Origin: Candidatus Acidiferrales bacterium
GTDB lineage: Bacteria; Acidobacteriota; Terriglobia; Acidiferrales; UBA7541
NCBI GenBank assembly: GCA_030038535.1
Contig: JASHSV010000239.1
Location: forward strand, 1,543-65,542
Reading direction: 5' to 3'
DNA length: 64,000 nucleotides
A program made the position numbers and the translations under genes. This document shows, one piece after another, positions 9,618 through 19,032 of this stretch. Every line of letters starts with the position of its first letter. Position 1 is the first letter of the stretch. The notes beneath the pieces were generated by a model that was not told the DNA's origin, did no database searches, and saw nothing but the letters and a program-made list of their open reading frames with translations.

Positions 9618-12341
9618 ATGGAGATGCCGATCGAAGCGGGGCAGCAGAAGAGGGAAGCCGCGTCCCGAGTGTTTCGACTCCTCTTTGTCGAGGACGACCC
9701 GGCGGACTTAGAGCTGGTCCAGCGGGAACTCCGTACCGGCGGCGTGCCTTTCCAGGGTGAAGTGGTGTCCCAGCCGGATTGGTTTTTCGAGCGAATCCGA
9801 GAGACTTCTTTCGACGCCGTTCTTTCCGACTTCCGTCTGCCCGGTTGGAACGGCATGGACGTGCTGCGCGAGCTCCGAGGCCTGGGTCTGGAAATTCCGT
9901 TTCTGCTTATCACCGGAACACTGGGAGAAGAGAAAGCCGTGGAATGCATGCGGCTGGGAGTCACGGACTGCATCCTGAAGGACCGCCTGGGGCGGCTCCC
10001 GCTGGCCTTGCGCAATGCCGTGGACGCATGCGAATTGCGGGAGCGCCAGCGGCGCATTGCCGAAGAATTGTGGGCCAGCGAGTCGAAGCTCGGCCTGCTG
10101 CTCTCTCAGTTGCCGGCGATCATTTGGACCACCGACCGTGAACTGCGGCCTACCTCGCTGATCGGCGCTGGCCTGACCTCACTGCCGGAAGGAGCGTGGC
10201 AGCGGCGGGCCTTGGACTTGAGCACGGATGCATCGCATCCGGCTGTGGTCGCGCACCGGCGCGCGTTGGCAGGCGAATCGGTGGAATTCGAAAACGAAAT
10301 CGAGGGGCGCGCCTATTGGAGCCGGGTGGAACCCTTGCGCGGCGTCGCGGGAGAGCGGAGCGGGTGCCTGGGCTTTGCGCTTGACATCAGCGAGAAGAAG
10401 CGGATCGAGATGGAATCACAGCTCCGCGCACGGGAGCTGCGGCGGGCAAACGAGACCCTCGCAGCCATGGTCGCCAACGCCCCAGTAGCCATCCTGGCGA
10501 TGGACCGCGTGGGCCGGACCCGCATCTGGAACCCGGCGGCGGAGCGCATGTTCGGCTGGACCGCGAATGAAGTGCTGGGCGGCGCGATTCCCTACCTGCC
10601 TCCGGAGCGGCACCAGGAACATCAGGTGTTCCGCGAAATCCTGCGCCAAGGCGGCAGCATCTCCAACGTGGAAACGCAGCGCGTGCGGAAGGACGGAGCG
10701 GTGCTGGACGTGAGCCTGTCGGCGTCGTCGGTGAAGATCGGAACCGGGAACGAGGACGCGTCCACAGACCTGGAAACCATCGCCGTGCTCACCGACATCA
10801 CCGCGCGCAAGCAGGCGGAAGCGGAAATGCAGCGCCTGAGCACGGCCATCGAGCAGTCCGCGGAAGCGGTGATGATTGCCGATACGGATGGGTTCATCCG
10901 TTACGTCAATCCCTCCTTCTGCGGCATGAGCGGATATTCTCCGGCCGAGGCGGTGGGCCGGCGCACAAACCTGCTGCGCTCCGGAAGCCACGACGAGAGT
11001 TTCTACGCAAATCTGTGGAACACGATCACGAGCGGCCAGACCTGGCGCGGCGAATTTGAAAACCGGCGCAAGGACGGCTCTCCGCTGCCCATGGAGGCAT
11101 CCATTACTCCCGTGCGCGGGCCCCGCGGCGCGATTACGTCCTTCATCTGCATCGCGCAGGATATATCCGAACGCAGGACGCTCGAACGCCAGCTCCTTCA
11201 GGCGCAGAAGTTCGAGGCTATCGGACAACTGGCCGGGGGAATCGCTCACGACTTCAACAATGTGCTTGCGGCAATCCTGGGGATGGCCGAACTGGGGCAA
11301 CTGGAAGCGCCCGAAGGCACGCGCATCCGCGAACGCCTCCAAAAAATCTGCCATCATGCCGGCCGCGCGGTCGCGCTGACGCGCCAGTTGCTCGCCTTCT
11401 CCCGTCGCCAGCAGCTCGAACGGCGTCCCATCAACCTGAATTTCTCCGTAAGCGAAGTCGCCAGTCTGCTCGGTGATTCGCTCGGAAAAGATCTCGAGCT
11501 GGAAACCAATCTCTCTTCTGATCTCGCCAGCGTCTTCGCCGATCCCGCCCAGATCGAGCAGGTGCTGATGAACTTGTGCATCAACGCCCGCGACGCCATG
11601 CCTTCCGGCGGGCGACTGGTCATCTCCACGGCCAACGTCCGGCTAGAAGAAGACGACTGCCGAACGCGTCCCGGTATTTCGCCCGGAGAATATGTGCGCT
11701 TTACGGTGACCGATACCGGGACGGGCATGGACGCGCAAACGCTGGGCCGCATCTTCGAACCGTTTTTCACCACCAAGCCCCCCGGGCGCGGCACCGGTCT
11801 GGGGCTGGCCACCGTGTACGGCGTCGTGAAACAGCACGGGGGACACATTGATGTGACCAGCGCGCCGGGCGAAGGCACCACTTTTCAACTCTACTTCCCT
11901 GTCTCCCTGCCCGCCGCTCCTCGCCCGGAAAGTCGAGCGGACCGGGAGCCGGTGAGCGGCGGAAAGGAAACCATCCTCCTGGCAGAAGACCACGAAGGGT
12001 TGCGCGAATTGGTATGCGAATCGCTCGGGTCACTTGGCTACAGCGTTTTGGCCGCCTCGGACGGCGAGGAGGCCATCGAACTCTTCCGCCGGAACTTGGG
12101 AAAAGTGGACCTGCTGATCCTGGACGTAATCATGCCTCGGCTGCGCGGCCCGGAGGCCTACAAGCGCATCTGCGAGCTGAACGGCGACGTTCCGGTGCTC
12201 TTTTGCACGGGCTACAATTCCGATTCGGCGCAGGTGGAGATCACTTCCGGCCACCCTGTCCTCCAGAAGCCCTACCAAACGCGCGAGCTGGCCCGCACCG
12301 TCCGCCTTCTGCTCGACCAGCGCCCCCAACCTGCAAACTGA
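9618..12341 (+). CDS. hybrid sensor histidine kinase (REC - 3x PAS - HisKA - HATPase - REC)
   Basis: 907 aa. The N-terminal receiver has LLFVEDDPAD...VLSDFRLPGWNG. Repeated PAS-like blocks follow. The H-box is IAHDFNNVLAAI and the ATPase boxes are DTGTGM and GTGLGL. The C-terminal receiver has ILLAEDHEG...LILDVIMP. Confidence 0.85.
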   Translation: MEMPIEAGQQKREAASRVFRLLFVEDDPADLELVQRELRTGGVPFQGEVVSQPDWFFERIRETSFDAVLSDFRLPGWNGMDVLRELRGLGLEIPFLLITGTLGEEKAVECMRLGVTDCILKDRLGRLPLALRNAVDACELRERQRRIAEELWASESKLGLLLSQLPAIIWTTDRELRPTSLIGAGLTSLPEGAWQRRALDLSTDASHPAVVAHRRALAGESVEFENEIEGRAYWSRVEPLRGVAGERSGCLGFALDISEKKRIEMESQLRARELRRANETLAAMVANAPVAILAMDRVGRTRIWNPAAERMFGWTANEVLGGAIPYLPPERHQEHQVFREILRQGGSISNVETQRVRKDGAVLDVSLSASSVKIGTGNEDASTDLETIAVLTDITARKQAEAEMQRLSTAIEQSAEAVMIADTDGFIRYVNPSFCGMSGYSPAEAVGRRTNLLRSGSHDESFYANLWNTITSGQTWRGEFENRRKDGSPLPMEASITPVRGPRGAITSFICIAQDISERRTLERQLLQAQKFEAIGQLAGGIAHDFNNVLAAILGMAELGQLEAPEGTRIRERLQKICHHAGRAVALTRQLLAFSRRQQLERRPINLNFSVSEVASLLGDSLGKDLELETNLSSDLASVFADPAQIEQVLMNLCINARDAMPSGGRLVISTANVRLEEDDCRTRPGISPGEYVRFTVTDTGTGMDAQTLGRIFEPFFTTKPPGRGTGLGLATVYGVVKQHGGHIDVTSAPGEGTTFQLYFPVSLPAAPRPESRADREPVSGGKETILLAEDHEGLRELVCESLGSLGYSVLAASDGEEAIELFRRNLGKVDLLILDVIMPRLRGPEAYKRICELNGDVPVLFCTGYNSDSAQVEITSGHPVLQKPYQTRELARTVRLLLDQRPQPAN

Positions 12342-12371
12342 GCAACCTCCGCGGGTGAATTTCAGGGGCCG

Positions 12372-12380
12372 TGGTATACT
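12372..12380 (+). promoter_or_regulatory. possible extended -10 promoter element for mlaD
   Basis: TGgTATACT (TG-N-TATACT) lies 58 nt upstream of the mlaD ATG. No good -35 box is present. Confidence 0.3.
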
Positions 12381-12437
12381 CCCGCATCTTGGCGGCGGCA
12401 GGGAGCGAAGGAGCGCCGCCAGAGGCCGGGCGCGACT

Positions 12438-13409
12438 ATGGATGCGAAGAAGGAGCAGGCGTTTGTTGGCGTCTTTGTGGTCATCGCGACAGCCCTGCTG
12501 ATTGCCACGATTTTTGCCATCGGCGGCGCGTTCGGACGCGCCGGGCTGAACTACCTGGTTTATTTCAAGAATGCGGGCGGGCTCGAACCGGGCTCGATTG
12601 TGCGTTACGCGGGGATCCGTGTGGGCCGCGTGGACAAAGTCCGGATCGATCCCAAAGACCCGTCGCGCGTCATCATGGAGATCGGACTGGAGCCCGGAAT
12701 CCCCGTGAAGACCGACAGCCTGGCCAAGGTCTCCAGCCTGTCTGCGCTCGGCGAAAACTTTCTGGAGATTCTGCCCGGCAAGCCGGATTCGCCACTCGCC
12801 AAGTCGGGTTCGGTGCTGCCGTCAAAGGAATTCTTCGGCATCAACGACGTGGCAGATATCCTCAACGACCTTGGGCCCAAGGCCGAGGATTTGGTGAGCA
12901 ACCTGAACGACCGGGTCCAAGAGCTGAAGGTGACCATCGATCGGGTGAACGATCTGATTAACGACCAGAACCGCGCCCACGTCTCTGCCTCGCTGGACAA
13001 CCTCAACGGCATGCTTGCCGAGAACCGGCCGCATATCAAGAGCGCGCTCGGCAACGTGGACCAGATGTCCTCCAAGCTCGGCCCCACGGTGGACCAATTC
13101 AAGCAGACCGCCAAGCAGGCCGACGACACGCTCAAGAAGATCGACGACCTGCTGGGTGAGAACCGCAAGGATCTGCACGAATCCATCGCGCAATTGCACA
13201 AGGCGCTCAACGACGCCACCACGCTGGTGGACCAACTCAACCACACGCTCAACACCAACGGTGAGAGCATCGACGAGACGCTCGACAACATACGCCTGGC
13301 CACTGAAAACCTGCGCGAATTTACCGACACGATCCGCACGCGGCCCTACACCCTCATCCGCACCGCGGAGCCGCCGGAACACAAGCCGGGGGAGGGTTCC
13401 AAACCGTGA
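12438..13409 (+). CDS. mlaD: MlaD/MCE-family substrate-binding protein
   Basis: The N-terminal TM anchor is followed by an MCE domain (YLVYFKNAGGLEPGSIVRYAGIRVGRVDKV). A long helical C-terminal region follows. Confidence 0.85.
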   Translation: MDAKKEQAFVGVFVVIATALLIATIFAIGGAFGRAGLNYLVYFKNAGGLEPGSIVRYAGIRVGRVDKVRIDPKDPSRVIMEIGLEPGIPVKTDSLAKVSSLSALGENFLEILPGKPDSPLAKSGSVLPSKEFFGINDVADILNDLGPKAEDLVSNLNDRVQELKVTIDRVNDLINDQNRAHVSASLDNLNGMLAENRPHIKSALGNVDQMSSKLGPTVDQFKQTAKQADDTLKKIDDLLGENRKDLHESIAQLHKALNDATTLVDQLNHTLNTNGESIDETLDNIRLATENLREFTDTIRTRPYTLIRTAEPPEHKPGEGSKP

Positions 13410-13422
13410 GAGAGGTCCTGGC

Positions 13423-14049
13423 ATGAGCCTTCGTATATGCGCCGGAGCGGCCGCCCTGGCCGCGGCAATCGTTCTGCTGCTGGCGGGGTGCGGCGCGGCG
13501 CGGCCCATCAAGTTTTATTCGCTCGATCCGCCGGAGGTCAGCGCAGCGCCGCAGCGCACCGACGTGACGCTGTTGATCGCCCACTTCCATGCCCCGACGC
13601 TCTACCGCGACACGCGCATCGCGTACCGTACCGGCGCGAACGAAATGGGGCTGTACGATGAGCACCGCTGGGTGGAAGCGCCGGCGCTGATGGTGGAGGA
13701 AATGGTGCTGCAATACCTGCGTCGCAGCGGCGGCTACAAGAGCGTTCAGAACATCTCCTCCAGCGCGCAGGGGGACTATATCGTGCAGGGTCGCATCGAG
13801 CGGTTCGAACAGGTCGAAGGAAAGCCGCTCTCGGCCCGGGTCTGGCTGCGGCTGAGCCTCTACGACCCCAAGGCCGGCGCTACCGTCTGGGCCGGCAGCT
13901 ATGAGCGCGATGAACCCGCCTCCGGAGACGACTTTTCCTCGATTGTCGCTGCGCTCGACAAGAATCTGCAGCAGGGCGTGATCCAGCTTGCCAGCGAAAT
14001 CAATCAGTACGCCGTGGCGCACCCACGTCCGGCCGAAGCGGGCAAGTAG
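13423..14049 (+). CDS. ABC-type transport auxiliary lipoprotein (DUF330 / PqiC-YmbA-like)
   Basis: The inner ATG at 13423 gives MSLRICAGAAALAAAIVLLLAGC, which contains a lipobox. The following FYSL...L.I......Y.D.RI.YR pattern is typical of the MCE-associated lipoprotein. Confidence 0.75.
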   Translation: MSLRICAGAAALAAAIVLLLAGCGAARPIKFYSLDPPEVSAAPQRTDVTLLIAHFHAPTLYRDTRIAYRTGANEMGLYDEHRWVEAPALMVEEMVLQYLRRSGGYKSVQNISSSAQGDYIVQGRIERFEQVEGKPLSARVWLRLSLYDPKAGATVWAGSYERDEPASGDDFSSIVAALDKNLQQGVIQLASEINQYAVAHPRPAEAGK

Positions 14050-14088
14050 CCCAAGATTCCGTCCTGCTGAACCGCAAAAGGAGCCTTC

Positions 14089-15372
14089 TCAACATTCCAG
14101 GGCGGAGCGGCGCAGTCGGAAGCCGTTGAGGTTTCCGAGCACGGCCACTGCAATCCTTTCGGGGCGAAGCAGTTCCCGCGCCAGTTCCTGGATTTCCTCG
14201 CGAGTCACGCGTTCGATCGCTCGCGTGATTTCCTCCGTCGAGCAGTAGCGGCCGAAGTAGATTTCCTGCCGGGCCAGATTGGACATGCGCGCCGTCGATG
14301 ACTCGAGCGAAAGGACGAGCGACCCGATCAGGTGGTCCTTCGCCCGCCGCAACTCCTCTTCGGTAATGCGCTCGGCCTTCATATTCCGGAATTCTTCGAT
14401 CACGCAGCGGATCACCCGGTCCGTCTTCTCGCGAGCCGTGCCCGCATAGACGCACAACATTCCCACGTCCCGATACGGATTCAGATCGCTGAAGATGGTA
14501 TACGCCAGTCCCTGCTGCTCACGGATGTTCTGGAACAATCGCGACGACATGCCCCCGCCGAGCACGTAATTGAGCACCGAAAGCTGGTAACGGCGCTCGC
14601 TGGCCGCCGCATAAGAGGGCACACCGAGGCAGAGTTGCACCTGCTCCAGTCCCTTCTTGGTGCGCGTGGTGAGGTGCGCGTGCGGATTCGGCGGCGCCTG
14701 CGCTTTCCGGTGGCTGCGCGCGCGTTCCCCCGGCGAGGCGCCGAATTCGCCGATCACCAGCTCGCGCATTTCCGTGTGCTTCAAGTTGCCGGCCGCGGTG
14801 ATCAGCAGGTTGTCGGGCGCGAACAGTTCGCGGTAGCTCGCCAGCGCCTTCCGGCTCGAGAACCGGCTCACGGACTGGCGCGTGCCGAGGATGGGACGGC
14901 CCAGGGGGTGTTTCCCCCAGAAACGGTGCGAGAAAATCTCGTGGATCAAATATTCCGGATTGTCCTGCTCCATCTTGAGCTCTTCGAGGATCACGTTCTT
15001 TTCCTTCGCCACGTCCTCGTCCGCGCATCGCGAGCGCAGCACCATGTCCGCCATGATCCCGAAGGCAATGGGCACGTGCTCGTCGAGCACCTTCGTATTC
15101 AGGCAGATCATTTCCTTCGCCGTGAATGCGTCCAGGTAGCCACCGATGCGCTCGATTTCCCGCGCAATGTCTTCCGCCGTGCGGCGCTCGGTGCCCTTGA
15201 AGAGCATGTGCTCGATGAAATGGGCGATTCCGGAGAGTTCGTCAGACTCGCTCCGCGAACCCGACCGCGCCCAGATTCCCATGGCCACGGAACGCACCTG
15301 GGGCATGGCCTCGGTGATGAGCATCAGGCCGTTGGGCAGCACTTCGCGTTCGATTTGGCGCTCCCTCTCCAT
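14089..15372 (-). CDS. M16-family zinc peptidase (insulinase/pitrilysin-like)
   Basis: It contains the HxxEH motif (AHFIEHMLFKGT). I place the start at the ATG at 15372 (MERERQIEREVLPNGL). The track ORF start at 15423 is a GTG with an Arg-rich leader. Confidence 0.85.
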   Translation of the reverse strand: MERERQIEREVLPNGLMLITEAMPQVRSVAMGIWARSGSRSESDELSGIAHFIEHMLFKGTERRTAEDIAREIERIGGYLDAFTAKEMICLNTKVLDEHVPIAFGIMADMVLRSRCADEDVAKEKNVILEELKMEQDNPEYLIHEIFSHRFWGKHPLGRPILGTRQSVSRFSSRKALASYRELFAPDNLLITAAGNLKHTEMRELVIGEFGASPGERARSHRKAQAPPNPHAHLTTRTKKGLEQVQLCLGVPSYAAASERRYQLSVLNYVLGGGMSSRLFQNIREQQGLAYTIFSDLNPYRDVGMLCVYAGTAREKTDRVIRCVIEEFRNMKAERITEEELRRAKDHLIGSLVLSLESSTARMSNLARQEIYFGRYCSTEEITRAIERVTREEIQELARELLRPERIAVAVLGNLNGFRLRRSALEC

Positions 15373-15548
15373 GGCTGTTTCGATGCGTTTCCTGCGCCCG
15401 CTACGAGCTTCGCGCGGGCGCACCCCAAGTGCGGTTGGTTCGCGAAAGAGAACCGTCCCGGCTGGAAGACCTATTCTATCCCAGGTGTAGCGGACAAGGC
15501 AGCGCGCCCGAACCGCATCCGGAGCGGCCGCCCGTGATTGCGCCCTCG

Positions 15549-16127
15549 TCAGGAGCTCTTCGCCGTCGACAGAACCTTGCCGTACTCACTCGTGTAGTAC
15601 AGCGGCACGTCCATGTAGGTCCCTTTGTCCGCGGAATACACCTCGCAGCTATCGTAAGGCAGCGAATAGATGTGAATGCTCACCGCGCGCGCCTTGTATT
15701 CCGGCAGGTTGAGCACCTGATGCACCGGCTCGACGGGATTCACCGCCGCGGGGTGCAGCGCGTCCATGATGCAGGTATCGGTGGCCATCATCCGGCAGGT
15801 CTGCTTCGCGCTGTCAGTCACCTCCACGCGGAAGTTCTGCACCTTCAGTTTGCCGATCGGCACCGACATCCAGCAGTTCTGCCCACGGTGATTGTGAATG
15901 CGGCTGATCTGGCCGATCTCCCAGCAGATGGCCATCACCTCAAATAGCGGACACTTGTAAATCAGGTTGCGCGTGTAGCAGCACGGGTCCCATTGCAAAA
16001 AAGGCTCCAGCGTGCCCGCTTCGATGCCGTAATGCCGGCAGAATTCCAGCACGTTTTCCACCGTGAATCTCCGCTCTTCGATCCCGCTTAGCTCGCGGAC
16101 CCATTCGCCGACCGGAATTTGCTCCAT
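15549..16127 (-). CDS. cysteine dioxygenase-type cupin protein
   Basis: GGAGG sits upstream of the ATG at 16127. The cupin metal motif RIHNHRGQNCWMSV and the overall length (192 aa) fit the CDO type I family. Confidence 0.7.
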   Translation of the reverse strand: MEQIPVGEWVRELSGIEERRFTVENVLEFCRHYGIEAGTLEPFLQWDPCCYTRNLIYKCPLFEVMAICWEIGQISRIHNHRGQNCWMSVPIGKLKVQNFRVEVTDSAKQTCRMMATDTCIMDALHPAAVNPVEPVHQVLNLPEYKARAVSIHIYSLPYDSCEVYSADKGTYMDVPLYYTSEYGKVLSTAKSS

Positions 16128-16234
16128 CACTACCTCCCACGCTCGCCCTGGATGCACTCAGTATAACGGAAAGCCGCGGCCCCGGCTGCGGATTCGGCGC
16201 GTGATACCATGAAACTGAAAACAGGCGAAGGCGC

Positions 16235-17305
16235 ATGCCCGCGGAACTCCTGGGAAAATCGCTCAACGAATTGCGCGAGTGGATGGCCTCGCTCGGCGAG
16301 CCTGCCTACCGCGGCGCGCAGGTGTATCACGCCATCTACGCCGAGCGCCGGCGGGAATTCGCGGCCATGACGAATCTGCCCGCGGTGCTCCGCGAGCGGC
16401 TGGGACGCGAGGCGGCGATCACGCTGCCCATGATCGCGCGGAAATATCACTCCGCGGACGGCTCTGTACGGTATCTCCTGCCGCTCGGAATCGGGTCCGC
16501 GGCCGACGCGGCGCGCCCGGCAGCCGTAGAAGCGGTGTTCATGCCCTCCGATGCGCGGCAAACCGTCTGCATCTCGACGCAGGCCGGATGCGCCGTGGAT
16601 TGCAAATTTTGCCTCACTGCCACGCTCGGGCTCGTGCGCAACCTTACCGCGGGCGAGATTCTGGGCCAGGTGCTCGTCGCGCTCGACGACAACCGGGAGC
16701 GTCTGGCGCCGCGCACCAACGTGGTGCTGATGGGCCAGGGCGAGCCACTCCTGAATTTCGAGCCGACCATGGCCGCCGTGCGCATCCTGATCGATCCCAA
16801 CGCCCTCGCGCTTTCTCCACGCCACGTAACGCTCTCCACCAGCGGGATTGTGCCGGGCATCGACCGCCTAGCGCAGGAAAAAGTGCGGCCGAAGCTGGCT
16901 GTCTCGATCAATGCCTCCAGCGACGCCCAGCGCGACGTTATCATGCCCATCAACCGCAAGTATCCGCTCGCCGCCCTGCTCGATGCCTGTCGCCGCTATC
17001 CCCTGCGTCCCTGGGAACGCCTCACTTTCGAATATGTGCTGCTGGGGGGCCTGAACGATTCGGCGAACGACGCGCGGCGCGTCGTGCGCCTCCTGGCCGG
17101 CCTTCGCTGCAAGGTCAACCTAATTCCGTGGAATCCCGGTGAGCTGCCCTATCGCCCGCCCGCTCCGACCGCCGTCGAGGAATTTCGCCGCATTCTCGCG
17201 GATAAAGATGTGCCCGTGTTCGTCCGCTACTCCCGCGGCCAGGATATTTTCGCGGCCTGCGGCCAGCTCGCCGTCATCGAAACGGGCATCGAAGCCCGCG
17301 CGTGA
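16235..17305 (+). CDS. rlmN: 23S rRNA/tRNA (adenine-C2)-methyltransferase, radical SAM
   Basis: It has the radical-SAM motif CAVDCKFC, the typical N-terminus YRGAQVYHAIY, and GEPLLN. Confidence 0.9.
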   Translation: MPAELLGKSLNELREWMASLGEPAYRGAQVYHAIYAERRREFAAMTNLPAVLRERLGREAAITLPMIARKYHSADGSVRYLLPLGIGSAADAARPAAVEAVFMPSDARQTVCISTQAGCAVDCKFCLTATLGLVRNLTAGEILGQVLVALDDNRERLAPRTNVVLMGQGEPLLNFEPTMAAVRILIDPNALALSPRHVTLSTSGIVPGIDRLAQEKVRPKLAVSINASSDAQRDVIMPINRKYPLAALLDACRRYPLRPWERLTFEYVLLGGLNDSANDARRVVRLLAGLRCKVNLIPWNPGELPYRPPAPTAVEEFRRILADKDVPVFVRYSRGQDIFAACGQLAVIETGIEARA

Positions 17306-17328
17306 GCCGTCGCCATTGGCCGTAACGG

Positions 17329-18015
17329 CTACTTCAGCGGCTCGGCGCGGTATAGTTGCGCTGTATGCCTCAACGTAGCCGCAACCGCCATCAGCAGCAT
17401 CCCCGCCGTCGCAATCGTTCCTCCCACATCGAATAGCAGGTAGTGCGTCTCGAGCACGTCCACTCGCGGCACGGCCGGATAATAGAAATACAGCGCCAGA
17501 TTGCCGATCGACAGCAGGATGCGCAGCTCCGTCGGCCCGAACCCGCCGAACGACATGTGAAACGTCCCGATCGTGTATGTGGCCAGGTACACCTCGATGG
17601 AAAGGATGTAGTAGGCGATCAGCAGTCCTGCGGCCACCAGAACGCTCATGTAGCCCGAAAGCGCCAGCCCGCCCAGCAGGAAGAGCGCGCCGAACGTGTC
17701 CACCACGTGGTCCACATAGAATCCGTATCGCGGCCGCGGCTGATTCCGGAATCGCGCCAGCGTCCCATCCAGGCTGTCTCCAAACCAGTTCACCGCCAGG
17801 CACACAATCACCAGCAGCAATCCCGCGCGCTCCCATCGCGCGAGCCAGTACGAAAGACCGGCGGCGAGCATCGAAAGCAGTCCCAGCGCGGTCAGCCCGT
17901 CGGAGCTGACCCAGCGCGGCAGCCTGGCCGCCAACCACAGCAGGCACATTTTTTCCACACGCGCCAGCACGCTGCCCTGCGCCCGCTCCGCGGACCGAAA
18001 CTCCTTAGATTCCAT
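17329..18015 (-). CDS. CDP-alcohol phosphatidyltransferase family protein
   Basis: It carries the motif DSLDGTLAR-x10-GFYVDHVVD (DG-x2-AR...G-x3-D-x3-D) and is a polytopic membrane protein. Confidence 0.85.
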   Translation of the reverse strand: MESKEFRSAERAQGSVLARVEKMCLLWLAARLPRWVSSDGLTALGLLSMLAAGLSYWLARWERAGLLLVIVCLAVNWFGDSLDGTLARFRNQPRPRYGFYVDHVVDTFGALFLLGGLALSGYMSVLVAAGLLIAYYILSIEVYLATYTIGTFHMSFGGFGPTELRILLSIGNLALYFYYPAVPRVDVLETHYLLFDVGGTIATAGMLLMAVAATLRHTAQLYRAEPLK

Positions 18016-18084
18016 CGTGGATTTCCCTTCTGTGCCGAGGGATTCCGGGCGACCGGAGGCGGGCTGGCGCCTACGCAGTCGGCG

Positions 18085-19032
18085 CTAGGCGCGGATCCCT
18101 ATGACCGCCATCATCCGGCCCGTGCGCCCGCGCTCGCGCCGGTGGCTGAACAGCAAATCCGTCCGGCACGCCGTGCACAGCGCGCTCGCCGTGATCTGCG
18201 TCGCAGGCACTCCGGCAACTTCGAGCTGGCTCCGGTTCGCCGCGCGCAGGTCCAGCCGCACGCGCGGTGCGGGCGCCGCATGCCCCGGCGGCGTCATTGA
18301 GAGCCAGGGAAACGGAGCGGGATCATCCCCGCTCGCCAGCCGGTCAAACGGCCCTTCGAACCAATTCCGCGCCTCCGCAAACTGCGCCGCAAACGCCTGC
18401 GCCACCTCCGGCCCCACTTCGTAGCAGCAGGCGCCAATCGCCGGACCGAGCGAGGCAAACACGTCCTCGGCGCGCGTATCGAATTCCATCCGCATCCGCC
18501 CCAGCATTTTCTCCGCGATGCGCGCCAGCGTGCCGCGCCAGCCCGCGTGCACTGCGGCCACCGCACGATGCCTCGTGTCCGCCAGCAGGATGGGCACGCA
18601 ATCCGCCGTCTGCACCGCCAGCAGAAGCCCCGGCGTGCGCGTCGCCAGCGCGTCCCCGCGCAATTCGTGTGCCGTCGGCGAGTTCACCACATGCATCACG
18701 TCGCCGTGGCATTGCTTCAGCGTCACGAGCCACATTCGCCCGCCGCCGAGCGCGTGTAGAAATGCGGCGCGGTTCGCTTCCACCGCCTCGCGCGTGTCCC
18801 ACTCCGTCCAGCCGAGATTCAGCACGCGCTCATCGCCCAACAGGCTGAGTCCTCCAGTGCGCGTGCTGAATCCGTGGACAACCCACGGCAGACGATCGAG
18901 CGGCGAAGCGCGCACCAACGTAAGGCGGCCAGTACGCGACGCGTGCCAGCCCGCGCGCGCGGCACCATCCCCGGCGCGGTCCGCGGAACGCCGCCGGCGC
19001 ACTCCCGTAAACGGTTTGCGAAGTTTCCTCAC
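18085..19032 (-). CDS. pgeF: YfiH/PgeF-family laccase-domain protein (peptidoglycan editing factor); start uncertain
   Basis: The core matches the family (VVHGFSTRTGG...ADCVPILL...HAGWRG...CCYEVG). There is no in-frame ATG downstream of the upstream gene. A GTG at 19032 forms a GTGA overlap with that gene's stop. Confidence 0.75.
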   Translation of the reverse strand: MRKLRKPFTGVRRRRSADRAGDGAARAGWHASRTGRLTLVRASPLDRLPWVVHGFSTRTGGLSLLGDERVLNLGWTEWDTREAVEANRAAFLHALGGGRMWLVTLKQCHGDVMHVVNSPTAHELRGDALATRTPGLLLAVQTADCVPILLADTRHRAVAAVHAGWRGTLARIAEKMLGRMRMEFDTRAEDVFASLGPAIGACCYEVGPEVAQAFAAQFAEARNWFEGPFDRLASGDDPAPFPWLSMTPPGHAAPAPRVRLDLRAANRSQLEVAGVPATQITASALCTACRTDLLFSHRRERGRTGRMMAVIGIRA

